In this document: one piece after another, positions 10,909-22,861 of the stretch | How positions within the stretch are numbered: the first letter of the stretch is position 1 | Layout of the letters: the number at the start of each line of letters is the position of its first letter | Source: Polyangia bacterium | GTDB taxonomy: Bacteria > Myxococcota_A > Polyangia > Palsa-1104 | Direction of reading: 5' to 3' | DNA length: 64,000 nt | NCBI GenBank assembly: GCA_035607415.1 | Contig: DATNAQ010000031.1 | Span: 6,084 to 70,083 of the forward strand | The notes under the pieces: generated by a model | Seen by the model: the letters and a program-made list of their open reading frames with translations, nothing else | The model's database searches: none | Told to the model about the DNA's origin: nothing | Program-made: the position numbers and the translations under genes

Positions 10909-11594
10909 TGGACCCTCCCTTTGCGTAGGTCGTCGAAGAACTCGGCGAGCGTGCGGCCCGCTTCGTCCTCGAAGGTTTGCGACGTCAGCTCCAGCTTCTG
11001 CACGCGATCGAGGCGGAAGGCGCGGAACGCCTGACGCAGCTCGCACCACGCCGCCACCGTCCAGCTCGCCCCCCAGAAGAACAACCCGAGCGGCCTGATT
11101 GTTCGCTCCGTCGCCGACTGCATTCGATCGACGTAGGCGACGCGCGCCTTGCGCCGCTCGCGGATGGCGCGGCGCAAGGTCGACAGCTCGTGCGCCGAGT
11201 TGGCCGGCACGTGATAGCCGGGCGCGAACAAGGGCGCCTTGCCGACGCGATCTTGCAGCCGCTCGGGCAGCACCGCCTCGACCTTGTGCACCACCGCGCG
11301 CGCCGCCTGGGCGAGCGTCTCGTCGCCCCAGCTCTCGACGACGCGCGCGCCGAGCACGAGCGCCTCCAGCTCGTCCTCGGTGAACATGAGCGGCGGCAGC
11401 TCGAAGCCGCGCTCGAGCGCGTAGCCGACGCCGGCCTCGCCGCGGATGGGCACGCCCGAGACGACCAGGTCGGCCACGTCGCGGTAGACGGTGCGCTCCG
11501 AGACGGCGAGCTCGCCGGCGAGCTGCCGCGCCGTCGTCAGCCGGCGACGGCGGAGATGCTGGACGATGCGAAAGAGTCGGTCGGCGCGGCGCAT
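10905..11594 (-). CDS. YafY-family transcriptional regulator (HTH plus WYL domain)
   Basis: MRRADRLFRIVQHLRRRRLTTARQLAGELAVSERTVYRDVADLVVSGVPIRGEAGVGY, followed by a WYL-type C-terminus. It has an ATGA overlap with the VOC gene. Confidence 0.85.
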   Translation of the reverse strand: MRRADRLFRIVQHLRRRRLTTARQLAGELAVSERTVYRDVADLVVSGVPIRGEAGVGYALERGFELPPLMFTEDELEALVLGARVVESWGDETLAQAARAVVHKVEAVLPERLQDRVGKAPLFAPGYHVPANSAHELSTLRRAIRERRKARVAYVDRMQSATERTIRPLGLFFWGASWTVAAWCELRQAFRAFRLDRVQKLELTSQTFEDEAGRTLAEFFDDLRKGRVQ

Positions 11595-12304
11595 CGCGTC
11601 TCCTCCTGCACCCGGTCGAGCCAGGCGCTCAAGCGTGCCCGCCGAGCGATCGACTCGGCCTGCGGCACCGTCAGCGGCGTGCGGAAGCTGTGGAGCTGCC
11701 CGAAGAGCGCGACGTCGGCGACCGACAGCGCGCGGCCACACCAGAAGCCGCTCGCCGGGGCGCGCGCGTCGAGCGAATCGAGCAGCGACTCGAAGCGCGA
11801 CCAGCAGCGCTCGGCGCCGGCGCGCCAGACGTCGCGGGCGTGCAGGCCGCGGAGCACGCGGGCGCGGATGCGCGGGACGATGAGGGCGCGGACGAACGCC
11901 GGCGCCTTGCCGAAGTAGGCGTCGCGCGTGACCGGCCAGTTGCGATCGTCGGCCCAGCGCGCGGCGACGAGGAAGCCGTTGATCGACGTGTCGGCGAATT
12001 CTTCCCATAGCCAGGCCTCGCCGTCGGCGGCGAGCGCGTGGGGTCGCAGGGTTACGATGAATTTCAGGATTTCAGTCGAATCATGCAGCGCCTGGCCGTC
12101 GGCGAGCAGCACCGGCACCTGGCCGGTCGGGTTGTGCTGCTTGTGGGCGTCGGGCCGCGACGCCAGCCGGCGCGCGTAGGTCAGCCCGGAGGCCTTGAGC
12201 GCGCGGTGAATCTTCAGGCAGAACGGCGAAAACGTCTCCAGTCCCGCCAGCTTGGGGTCTTCCAGCTCGCACAGCGTCAGCGTGTGGTTGTCCATGGCGG
12301 ACAA
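11537..12304 (-). CDS. Glutathione S-transferase family protein
   Basis: Thioredoxin-like N-domain FSPFCLKIHRALKASGL..PTGQVPVLLADGQALHDSTEILKFI and a helical C-domain. Its 3' end overlaps the yafY-like start by 58 nt. Confidence 0.8.
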   Translation of the reverse strand: MSAMDNHTLTLCELEDPKLAGLETFSPFCLKIHRALKASGLTYARRLASRPDAHKQHNPTGQVPVLLADGQALHDSTEILKFIVTLRPHALAADGEAWLWEEFADTSINGFLVAARWADDRNWPVTRDAYFGKAPAFVRALIVPRIRARVLRGLHARDVWRAGAERCWSRFESLLDSLDARAPASGFWCGRALSVADVALFGQLHSFRTPLTVPQAESIARRARLSAWLDRVQEETRCAAPTDSFASSSISAVAG

Positions 12305-12318
12305 GCTACGCCAGCCGT

Positions 12319-12346
12319 CCTGACAGCCTACTGTCAGGTATTTTTC
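12319..12346. terminator. Stem-loop with a T-tract between htrA and the GST gene
   Basis: cctgacag-ccta-ctgtcagg is a perfect 8-bp stem with a 4-nt loop. It is followed on the + strand by tattttt. Both flanking genes are on the minus strand, where the run appears as an A-tract before the stem. Confidence 0.4.
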
Positions 12347-12358
12347 AGGCTTGGGATC

Positions 12359-13822
<1,464 letters not shown>

Positions 13823-13837
13823 GATTGTGCCACTCGC

Positions 13838-14089
13838 CTACTTCGGCGGCAAAGGGACCTTTACGTGGCGGGCCATGTCGGGCGGGCGCAGCTCTTCTTT
13901 GACCTTCTGCGCGACCTTCTTCGCCTCCTCTTCGGTGCCGTCGGCCAGATCGCGCGCCTCCTGCGTGCCGAAGATGGCGTGCACGTGGCCCCAGAGCGTG
14001 CGCTTGCCGAGCGGTACCGTCACCGAGAACCAGATGACAGCGACGAGCATGAGGCACGAGAAGAGGAAGCGCACGAGGCCGGTCAGCAA
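13838..14089 (-). CDS. Small single-pass membrane protein
   Basis: TM helix FLFSCLMLVAVIWFSV, then a charged tail EEEAKKVAQKVKEE. The proposed TTG start at 14089 overlaps the TGA of the upstream ORF. The start is uncertain; the track ORF extends to 14173. Confidence 0.45.
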   Translation of the reverse strand: MLTGLVRFLFSCLMLVAVIWFSVTVPLGKRTLWGHVHAIFGTQEARDLADGTEEEAKKVAQKVKEELRPPDMARHVKVPLPPK

Positions 14090-14310
14090 AGCTCGAACTC
14101 CTTGCAGAAGTCGAGCACGCCCGGCGGCGACGGCAGTCTCCGGTGCGCCTCGTTGGGCCACTCGTGACGGCAACGCTCGCTCGCGGCGTCGAAATGGGCG
14201 CAGTCCTCGCAGGAGAAACGCAGCGCGAAGGTCTCGCGCTCGGCGTCGAACTCCGTGGTCCAGGGCAGGCGCACCACCCCGAGCATGGTGCGGCCGGAGC
14301 GCGCCGTCAA
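14083..14310 (-). CDS. Small Cys-rich hypothetical protein (75 aa)
   Basis: High GC3. The Cys pattern is FSCEDCAHFD..ERCRHEWP..FCKEFELC. It is divergent from hslO, with only 20 nt between the start codons. Confidence 0.6.
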   Translation of the reverse strand: MTARSGRTMLGVVRLPWTTEFDAERETFALRFSCEDCAHFDAASERCRHEWPNEAHRRLPSPPGVLDFCKEFELC

Positions 14311-14330
14311 TGTGCTAGGCTGCGCGCGAC

Positions 14331-15226
14331 ATGGAGCCCGTCGACCACCTGATGCGCGCCATCGACCGCGAACGGCACGTGCGCGTGTGCGCCGCCGTGA
14401 CCACGGCGCTCGTCGCCGAAGCGGCGCGGCGCCACGAGATGTCGCCGGTCGCGGCGCGCGCCACCGGACGGGCGCTGACCGCGGGCGCGCTGTTGGCCAC
14501 GCTGACCAAGGGCGAAGAGCGGGCCACGATCCAGATCACCGGCGACGGGCCGCTCGGCTCGATCACCGTCGACGCCAACGGGTCGGGCGACGTGCGCGGC
14601 TATCCGGCGCATCCGGCGGCGGGCGCCGACTTCGGTCCCGAGCGTCACGTCGCCGAGGTGTTCGGACGCAACGGCGTGGTCAACGTGCTGCGCGATCTCG
14701 GGCTCAAGGAGCTGTACCAGGGGCAGATCGCGCTCGTCACCGGCGAGATCGACGAGGACCTCGAGGCCTACCTGCGCACCTCCGAGCAGGTGCCGTCGGC
14801 GCTCGGCTGCGAGGTGCTCATCGGCGACGACGGCAAGGTCGCGGCCGCCTGCGGCATCCTGGTGCAGGTGATGCCGGGCGGCGATCCCGACGTCGTGCGC
14901 GAGGTGCAGCACGCGCTGCGTACCGGCCGCCTCGGCGAGCTGCTGCGCGAAGGCGTGCGCTCGGCGCGGACCATCGCCGAGCGGGTGTGGACGCTCGGGC
15001 CGCTCGAGTTCGTCGGCGGAGAGCGCGCGGTGCGCTTCCAGTGCCGCTGCTCGCCGGAGCGCATCGGCGAGATGCTGGCGCTGCTCGGCACCGTCGATCT
15101 CGACGAGATGATCGCCGAGGACAAGCCGGCCGAGGTGGTCTGCAACTACTGCAACACGCGCTATCAGATCCATCGGCCCGAGCTCGAGCGCATTCGCGCG
15201 CGGGTGGCGCCGCGCGAGAGCAACTG

Positions 15227-15227
<1 letters not shown>
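14331..15227 (+). CDS. hslO: Hsp33 redox-regulated chaperone
   Basis: The C-terminal zinc centre is FQCRCSPERI ... VVCNYCNTRYQI (CxC..CxxC). The N-terminal Hsp33 core is GRALTAGALLATLTKGEERATIQI. Confidence 0.9.
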
Positions 15228-16147
<920 letters not shown>

Positions 16148-16160
16148 GCGAGGCTCGGCG

Positions 16161-17042
16161 ATGAAGAAGCGCGTCTTCCAGCGCTGGGCCGACGATCCGC
16201 CGGTGCTCGATCATCTGATCGAGGCGCGCCTCGGCGTGACGCGGTCCGAAGCGCGCGTGCTGGTGGCGCGCGGATCGGTGCAGATCGACGGTCGTCGCGC
16301 GACGAACGCCGAACGGACGGTGTCGGTCGGCGAGAAGGTGGCAGTGCACACCGGGCCGCTCGAGGTGCCGCCGCCGTTGATCTATGCGTATCGCGATCAC
16401 GATCTCGCCATCGTCGACAAGCCGGCGGGGCTGCCGTCGCAGCCCGAGCCGAAGCAAGAGGCGCATTCGCTGACGGCGGCGGTGACGCGCGAGCTCGGCG
16501 TCGACGCGCGCGCGATGCATCGGCTCGACAAGGAGGCGTCGGGGCTCGTCGTGGTGGCGCTCCAGCGCGAGATGTACGAGCGGCTGCAGCGGGCGTTCGC
16601 CGAGCACGCGATCGATCGGCGCTATCTCGCCGTCGCCGGCGGCGAGCTCGTCGGCGACGAGACGGTGCGCGCGCGCATCGGGCGCCATCCGCGCGATCAG
16701 CGGCTGCGCGCGGCGCTGCCCGAAAACGGCAAGGAGGGCGATCCGGCCTGCACGCACGTGCGCTCGCTCGGGCACGGCACGCTCGACGGAGCGCCGATCA
16801 CGGCCGTCGAGCTCGTGCTCGAGACGGGCCGGACGCATCAGATCCGCGTACACCTGCAGTCGATCGGCCATCCGCTCGTCGGAGACGCGGCCTACGGCGG
16901 CGCGAAGTTCGAGCGGCTGTGCCTGCACGCGTACGCGGTCGAGCTGGCGCATCCGCGCACGGGCAAGCCGCTGCGCGTGAGCACCGCGCTGCCGGAGGCG
17001 TTCGTGCGGCTCGTGCCGCGCTTGACAAGCCCGTTCCGCTAG
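16161..17042 (+). CDS. RluA-family pseudouridine synthase (RluD-like, with S4 domain)
   Basis: An S4-like N-terminus is followed by DKPAGLPSQP, HRLDKEASGLVVVA and TGRTHQIRVHL. ATG 16161 lies inside track ORF 16119..17042. Confidence 0.85.
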   Translation: MKKRVFQRWADDPPVLDHLIEARLGVTRSEARVLVARGSVQIDGRRATNAERTVSVGEKVAVHTGPLEVPPPLIYAYRDHDLAIVDKPAGLPSQPEPKQEAHSLTAAVTRELGVDARAMHRLDKEASGLVVVALQREMYERLQRAFAEHAIDRRYLAVAGGELVGDETVRARIGRHPRDQRLRAALPENGKEGDPACTHVRSLGHGTLDGAPITAVELVLETGRTHQIRVHLQSIGHPLVGDAAYGGAKFERLCLHAYAVELAHPRTGKPLRVSTALPEAFVRLVPRLTSPFR

Positions 17043-17056
17043 CGTGTAACCGCACC

Positions 17057-18202
17057 ATGCGGATCTCGGTTCTGGCGACGGTGTTGATGGCGGCGAGCGG
17101 CGCGCTGGCGGCGCCCGCGCCGGTGGCGCATTGGGACACCGGCGGCAAGGGGTTCATCGACGACGCGTACGCGCTGCGCGACGACGGCAAGGCGGTCGCC
17201 TTCATCACCACCGACGGGGCGACCGACGCGACGCTGCACCTGGCGGAGGTCGGCGGCAAGGACGTCGCCGTCGCCGGCGCGCCGACGGACGCGCTGGCGC
17301 TGGCGTGGCTGTCGCCGGCGCGGGTCCTGGTGGTGCGCGGGCGCGACGGCACCTCGACGGCGCAGGCGTTCACCGCGGCGGGGCCCGACAAGGGCAAGCC
17401 GATCGGCCCGTTCAACAAATTCGCGTTCGCCACGCTCGACGGCAAGCGCGTGCTCGTGACCTACACGCGCAACGAGAAGAAGACCGTCGAGCACGCGCTC
17501 GTGGCCTATGCCGTCGACACGCTGAAGCCGGTCAAGCGGCGCACGTGGCGCGAGGACGCCGAGGGGCAGCTCAAGGTGGCGCCGTCGACGGTGAAGCCGC
17601 TGTGGTGGGCCGACGGCTTCACGGTGCTGGCGGCGCTGCGCGCCGGCGAGTTCGACAAGTCGCGCGACATGCGCCGGCCCGATCGCTACACGCGGCTCGA
17701 CACGTTCGCGGGCAAGGTGCTCGTCGAAGAGGAAGTGAAGGACGTGCTCGGCTTCACGCAGATCTCGCTGGTGCGGCGCGATCAGCCGAACATGCCGGTG
17801 ATCGCGCGCTTCTCGGACGATCGCAAGCAACTGCTCCTCGTCGACGGGATCGAGGAGCACGAGGTGAAGCCGGCGCGGCCGCTGTGGAAGTACGACGTCA
17901 ATTCGCTGAAGTGGCAGACGATCGACGACAAGCGCGTGGTGCTGTCGTTGACGATCGATCCGGTGAACCCCGACGCGGTGGCGCGCAAGAAGGCGGATGC
18001 GGACGACATCGAGCTCTACGACGTCGATCGGAAGACGCTCGCGGCGACGCTGCGGCTGACGCTGCCGGGGCAGGGGCGCCCGTCGAGCTGGCAGGAAGAG
18101 CGCAATCGGCTGCTCCTCTTGCGCAAGGACAAGGGGTTCGATCGCGGCGGCATCGCGCTCGAGATCTACGAGCTCGGCGACGAGTCGCGCGCGGCGAAGT
18201 AG
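17057..18202 (+). CDS. Secreted hypothetical protein, beta-rich (propeller-like)
   Basis: Signal peptide MRISVLATVLMAASGALAAP. High GC3. No recognisable catalytic motif. Confidence 0.7.
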   Translation: MRISVLATVLMAASGALAAPAPVAHWDTGGKGFIDDAYALRDDGKAVAFITTDGATDATLHLAEVGGKDVAVAGAPTDALALAWLSPARVLVVRGRDGTSTAQAFTAAGPDKGKPIGPFNKFAFATLDGKRVLVTYTRNEKKTVEHALVAYAVDTLKPVKRRTWREDAEGQLKVAPSTVKPLWWADGFTVLAALRAGEFDKSRDMRRPDRYTRLDTFAGKVLVEEEVKDVLGFTQISLVRRDQPNMPVIARFSDDRKQLLLVDGIEEHEVKPARPLWKYDVNSLKWQTIDDKRVVLSLTIDPVNPDAVARKKADADDIELYDVDRKTLAATLRLTLPGQGRPSSWQEERNRLLLLRKDKGFDRGGIALEIYELGDESRAAK

Positions 18203-18223
18203 CCGGCGCGCGGCATCGCGAGG

Positions 18224-18658
18224 CTACGGGCGGAAGGCGAGGTTGTCGAGGGCGACGGCGCGCCCGCCGAGCAGCAGGGCGTCGTTCCACGCCACCACGA
18301 ACTGGCGCTCCGGCTCGCACAGCGCGTGGTGCGTGAAGTCGAGCACCACCGTCGCCGTGCCGTGCGGCTGCACCTCCACCACCGTCGGGAAGCGCACGCC
18401 GCCCGAGTCGCCGTCGACCATCAGCCGGATCGCCTGCTCGGCGATGCGCAGCGGCTGATCGGTCGGATTGTCGACGCGCAGCTTCACGCCGAGATCGCGC
18501 GTGATCGGATCGCCCTTCTCGGCGCGATGGTCCTCGCAGTCCTGACCGACGAGCGAGATGGCCACGCCCTCGCGCGAGGGGCGCGGGTTCTGCACCGCGC
18601 CCGCCTTCAGGTAGCAGCCGGACGCCATCGCCAGCGCGCACAACCACGGCAGCCTCAT
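18224..18658 (-). CDS. Lipoprotein (144 aa) encoded at the end of the RND operon, probably an Ig-like beta-sandwich
   Basis: Lipobox LAMASGC. It has an ATGA overlap with the RND permease stop and is beta-rich (KLRVDNPTDQPLRI..TATVVLDF). Confidence 0.7.
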   Translation of the reverse strand: MRLPWLCALAMASGCYLKAGAVQNPRPSREGVAISLVGQDCEDHRAEKGDPITRDLGVKLRVDNPTDQPLRIAEQAIRLMVDGDSGGVRFPTVVEVQPHGTATVVLDFTHHALCEPERQFVVAWNDALLLGGRAVALDNLAFRP

Positions 18659-21600
18659 GAACGCCTCCTCCGCACCAGGAGCAAGTACATCACGGGAACG
18701 AGGAAGAGCGACAGCACCGTCGACGACGTCAGGCCGCCGACGACGGCGAGCGCGAGCGGCTGGTTGGCCTCGGTGCCCTGCTCGAGCCCGATCGCCGTGG
18801 GGATGAGGCCGATCACCGTCGCCAGCGAGGTCATGACGATGGGCACGAAGCGCGAGCGCGCCGCCTCGACGATCGACTCCACCGGCTCGGCGCCCTCGTC
18901 GAGCCGGCGGGCCGCGTCGTCGACGAGGAGGATGCCGTTCGACACCGCGATGCCGATGACCATGAGGATGCCCATGAGCGCGGTGATCGAGAAGCCCTGC
19001 CCGGCGGCGAGCAGCGCCGTCACGATGCCGACGAGCGCCACCGGGATCGTGAAGAGCATGATGAACGGCAGCCGCAGCGAGCGGAACTGCGACGCCATGA
19101 TCATGAACACCACCATGACGGCGAGCGCGAGCGCCAGGCCGAGGCCGCCGAAGGTGGTGCGCATGAGCTCCACCTGTCCGACGAAGCTGACCTTGACGTG
19201 CGCGGTGCGCGGATCCTTGGCCAGCGCCTTCTCGATGGCGTCGGCGGTCGAGCCGAGATCGCGTCCCTCGACGGCGGCGAGCACGTGCGCGGCGCGCTGC
19301 AGCTGGTTGCGCTCGATGGCCACCGGGCCCGTCGAGCGGCGGATGTGGCTGTAGGCGCCGAGCGTGACCGGGCGGCCGGCGTCGGAGACGAGGACGGGCA
19401 GCTCCGCCAGCGCGTTGGGATCGGCGACGGCGTGGTGATCGTAGTAGGTGACGACGTAGTACGACTGGCCGTTGCCGGCGTCGATCCACACGCCCGGCGT
19501 GTTGATGTTGCCGAGCGTGGCCTCGAGCGTCGACTGGCCGACGGCGCGCGCGGAGACGCCGACCATGCCGGCGCTCTCGCGATCGACGTCGACGCGGACC
19601 TCGGGGTAGCGGATGTCGAGCGTCGAGCGCACGTCGCGCACGCCGGGGATGGTGCGCATCACCTCGGCGACGGCGTGCGCCTGCTCGTCGATGGCCTCGA
19701 GCTTGTCGCCGCGGATCTCGGCGACGAGCGGCACGACGTAGCCGTTGTTGAAGACGCTGGCGACGAGGCCGCCGGGCGCCTGCAGGAACTCGACGCCGGG
19801 GAAGTCGCGCTCCAGGACCGCGCGCGAGCGATCGGCGATCTCTCGCTGCGACAGCTTGCGCTCGTCGGGCGGGCGCAGCGCCAGGCGGATGAAGCCCATG
19901 TAGGGGCCCCAGTTGGGGCTGGTCATCGCCGAGCGCGCGTTGTTGGGCGAGCCGACGTTGGCGAGCACCAGCGTCACGTTCTCCTTGCCCATCGCCTTGC
20001 CGAGGTGCTTGCCGATCTCCCCGGTCATGCGCGCCGCTTCGGTGAGCGAGGTGCCCGGCGAATAGCGCACGTAGACGCGCTCCATCGACTCGTCGATCTC
20101 GGGGAAGAAGGTGCTCGGCAGCCGCGCCGCGACGGTGGCGGCGACCACCACCAGCACCACCGACGCCGCGATCACCAGGCCCTTCAAGGGCAGCGTGCGG
20201 CGCAAGACGTCGGCGTAGCTGTTGGCCAGGCGATCGATGGCGTGCTCGACGCGCTTCCAAAAGCCGCTCGGCTCGTGGTGCCCGAGGAAGTAGCGGCACG
20301 CCACCGGCGTCACGCACACCGACACGAAGTACGACGCGATCATGGCGACGGCGACGGTGAGCGCCAGCGGCGCGAACAGCTTCTTGGCCAGGCCCGCGAG
20401 CAGGATGACCGGCAACAGCACGGCCATCGTCGTGAGCGTCGAGGCGAGCACCGGCAGCGCCACCGCGTTGGTGCCATGCAGCGCCGCCTCGGCGATGGTC
20501 ATGCCGCGCCGCTGATGGCGGTGGATCGATTCGAGCACGACGACGGCATCGTCGACGAGCCGTCCCATCGCGAGTGTGAGCCCGCCGAGCGTGAAGGCGT
20601 TGAGCGTCTGTCCCTCGGCGTAGAGGACGATGAGCGTGATGGCGAACGACAGCGGGATGGCGACCGACACGATCAAGGTGCCGCGCGTCGACTGCAGGAA
20701 GATGAGGATGACGATGGCGATCAGCACCAGCGCCTGCACGACCTCCTTCTTGAGCCCGCCGTAGGCGGTGCGCACGAAGGTCGACTGGTCGAAAATAGGC
20801 GTGACCTCGACGCCGGGCGGCAGATCCTTGAGATGGGCAACCGTCTGTTTGACGGCGTCGACGATCGCGATCGTGTTGCCGCCGGGGATGCGCACGACGT
20901 TGAGGTAGACCGCGTCCTGGCCGTTGACCGACACGTTCTGCGTCTCGGGCGCGCCGCCGTCCTCGACGCGCGCGACGTCGCGGATGCGCACCGGCTTGTC
21001 GCCGCGGCGCACGATCACGGCGTCGCCGATGGCGGCCACGTGCACCGGCACGGCGTTGGTGTAGACGTTGGCGTCGAACTTTTTGCCGATCATCTCGCCC
21101 GACGGCAAGAGCGCGTTCGACTGCGCCACCGCGGCGGCCACGTCTTGCGAGGTCAGGTGGCGCGCCTCGGCCTTGGAGGGATCGACGACGACGTTGATCT
21201 GGCGCTGCCGTCCGCCGTTGAGGCCGGCCGAGGCGACGCCGGGGATGCCTTCGAGCAGCGGCTCGATGTTGTTGAAGGCGTAGTCGTAGAGCTGCGGGCC
21301 GCTGAGGCCGCCGCCGGCGACCGCGACCTGCACCACCGGCGCGTTCGACGGGTCGTACTGCAGGACGAACGGCGGCAGGATGCCGAGTGACTTCGGGATC
21401 GCCGCCATGGCGAACGCCGCCTGCTGCTGCACCAGCGTCTGCGCCGAGTTGAGGTCGGTGCCCCACTTCAGCCACACGTAGATGATCGACAGGCCGTTGC
21501 GCGAGGTCGACTCGACGTGGTCGACGCCGGGCGTGGCGCTCACGTACTTCTCGAGGCGCCACGTGATGGTCTTCTCGACGTCCTTGGGGCCGAGGCCGGG

Positions 21601-21747
21601 CGCCTGCGTGCCGACGACGAGCACGGGCGGCGTGAGCTCGGGGAAGGTGTCGACGCTCATGCGCGGCGTGACCACGAAGGCGAAGACGGTGAGCCCGAGG
21701 CACACCATCAGCACCGCGATCGGATTGCGCAGCGCCAGCGCGGTCAC
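18655..21747 (-). CDS. RND efflux transporter permease (AcrB/HAE-type)
   Basis: 1030 aa with typical N-terminus RNPIAVLMVCLGLTVFAFV..FPELTPPVLVV. It has 12-TM architecture with two large periplasmic loops. Confidence 0.9.
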   Translation of the reverse strand: MTALALRNPIAVLMVCLGLTVFAFVVTPRMSVDTFPELTPPVLVVGTQAPGLGPKDVEKTITWRLEKYVSATPGVDHVESTSRNGLSIIYVWLKWGTDLNSAQTLVQQQAAFAMAAIPKSLGILPPFVLQYDPSNAPVVQVAVAGGGLSGPQLYDYAFNNIEPLLEGIPGVASAGLNGGRQRQINVVVDPSKAEARHLTSQDVAAAVAQSNALLPSGEMIGKKFDANVYTNAVPVHVAAIGDAVIVRRGDKPVRIRDVARVEDGGAPETQNVSVNGQDAVYLNVVRIPGGNTIAIVDAVKQTVAHLKDLPPGVEVTPIFDQSTFVRTAYGGLKKEVVQALVLIAIVILIFLQSTRGTLIVSVAIPLSFAITLIVLYAEGQTLNAFTLGGLTLAMGRLVDDAVVVLESIHRHQRRGMTIAEAALHGTNAVALPVLASTLTTMAVLLPVILLAGLAKKLFAPLALTVAVAMIASYFVSVCVTPVACRYFLGHHEPSGFWKRVEHAIDRLANSYADVLRRTLPLKGLVIAASVVLVVVAATVAARLPSTFFPEIDESMERVYVRYSPGTSLTEAARMTGEIGKHLGKAMGKENVTLVLANVGSPNNARSAMTSPNWGPYMGFIRLALRPPDERKLSQREIADRSRAVLERDFPGVEFLQAPGGLVASVFNNGYVVPLVAEIRGDKLEAIDEQAHAVAEVMRTIPGVRDVRSTLDIRYPEVRVDVDRESAGMVGVSARAVGQSTLEATLGNINTPGVWIDAGNGQSYYVVTYYDHHAVADPNALAELPVLVSDAGRPVTLGAYSHIRRSTGPVAIERNQLQRAAHVLAAVEGRDLGSTADAIEKALAKDPRTAHVKVSFVGQVELMRTTFGGLGLALALAVMVVFMIMASQFRSLRLPFIMLFTIPVALVGIVTALLAAGQGFSITALMGILMVIGIAVSNGILLVDDAARRLDEGAEPVESIVEAARSRFVPIVMTSLATVIGLIPTAIGLEQGTEANQPLALAVVGGLTSSTVLSLFLVPVMYLLLVRRRRS

Positions 21748-21769
21748 GACTGTCCTCGCAGACGGCCGC

Positions 21770-22861
21770 TCACAGCGTGAACTCCTTGGCCGCGACCTTG
21801 TCCCCGTCGTCGAGGAGCGCGCGCCCTTCGATCACGATCGGCGTGTCGGCCTTGAGCTTGGGCTCGACGTAGAGCGTGCCGCCCGCCTCGCCGAGCACCT
21901 TGTAGACCTCGCTCTTGGCGACGTCGCCGTGCACCGCGAACAGCGTCGCCTTCTCGCCGCGCACCGTGGCCGCGCGCAGCGGCACCTCGGTCGCCGGCTG
22001 CGGCGTGCCGACGTCGATGGCGAGGCGCACGGTCGAGCCGACCGGCAGCGCGTGGTTCGCGTTGGGCACGTCGATCTCGAAGTGCACCGTGCGCGTGGCG
22101 TCGTCGGCGGCGGGCGCGCGCCGGCTCACCACCGCGTCCAGCTTGGCGCCGGTGGCCTCGACGACCATCTTGACGGCGGTGCCCGGCGCCACGACGCTGA
22201 AGTCGGACTCGGGCGCGTCGGCGACGATGCGCACCTGGGTTCGATCGATCACCGTCGCCACCGGCTGACCGGGGCGCACGTAGGCGCCCGGATCGACGAA
22301 GCGCTCCGACACCTCGCCGGCGAACGGCGCGCGCAGCACGCAATCGTCGACCTCGAGGCTGCGCGAGACGAGCGAGGCGCGCATGCTCTCCGCTTCCGCC
22401 TTCTCCGCCGCCGATTTGGCGTTGAGCTGCTCGAGCTCGTTGGCCGAGGCAAAGCCGCCTTCCTGCATCTCCTTGGTGCGGTCGGCCTCGTGCTGGACCG
22501 CGGTCTGGCGCTCCTCGATGGCGTGCGCGCGCGCGGCGATCTCGCGCGTCGCCGCCGAGGCGTTGCGGCAGTCGAGCGTGGCCAGCACCTCGCCGCGCTT
22601 GACGACCGCGCCCGGGCGCACGAGCACGGTGCCGACGTAGGCCGAGACGTACTGCGGCCCCACGCGCGCCGCGTTCCACGACTTGGTCGTGCCGACGTAG
22701 GTGCGCTCGGGCCGGAAGGTCGTCGCCTTCGCCTTCAGCGTCGACACCGGCTTCGGCGTCGACGCCAGCGCCACGTCGTTCACGCGCGACGACGCGCGCA
22801 GGTACATGCCGATCATGGCGACGAGCACCATGCCGACGCCGAACAAGATCACTGTGCGCAT
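21770..22861 (-). CDS. RND periplasmic adaptor (membrane fusion protein, HlyD family)
   Basis: N-terminal TM, coiled-coil segment, and the lipoyl/beta-barrel motifs LRAPFAGEV and VADAPE. The start lies inside track ORF 21770..24814. Confidence 0.85.
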   Translation of the reverse strand: MRTVILFGVGMVLVAMIGMYLRASSRVNDVALASTPKPVSTLKAKATTFRPERTYVGTTKSWNAARVGPQYVSAYVGTVLVRPGAVVKRGEVLATLDCRNASAATREIAARAHAIEERQTAVQHEADRTKEMQEGGFASANELEQLNAKSAAEKAEAESMRASLVSRSLEVDDCVLRAPFAGEVSERFVDPGAYVRPGQPVATVIDRTQVRIVADAPESDFSVVAPGTAVKMVVEATGAKLDAVVSRRAPAADDATRTVHFEIDVPNANHALPVGSTVRLAIDVGTPQPATEVPLRAATVRGEKATLFAVHGDVAKSEVYKVLGEAGGTLYVEPKLKADTPIVIEGRALLDDGDKVAAKEFTL

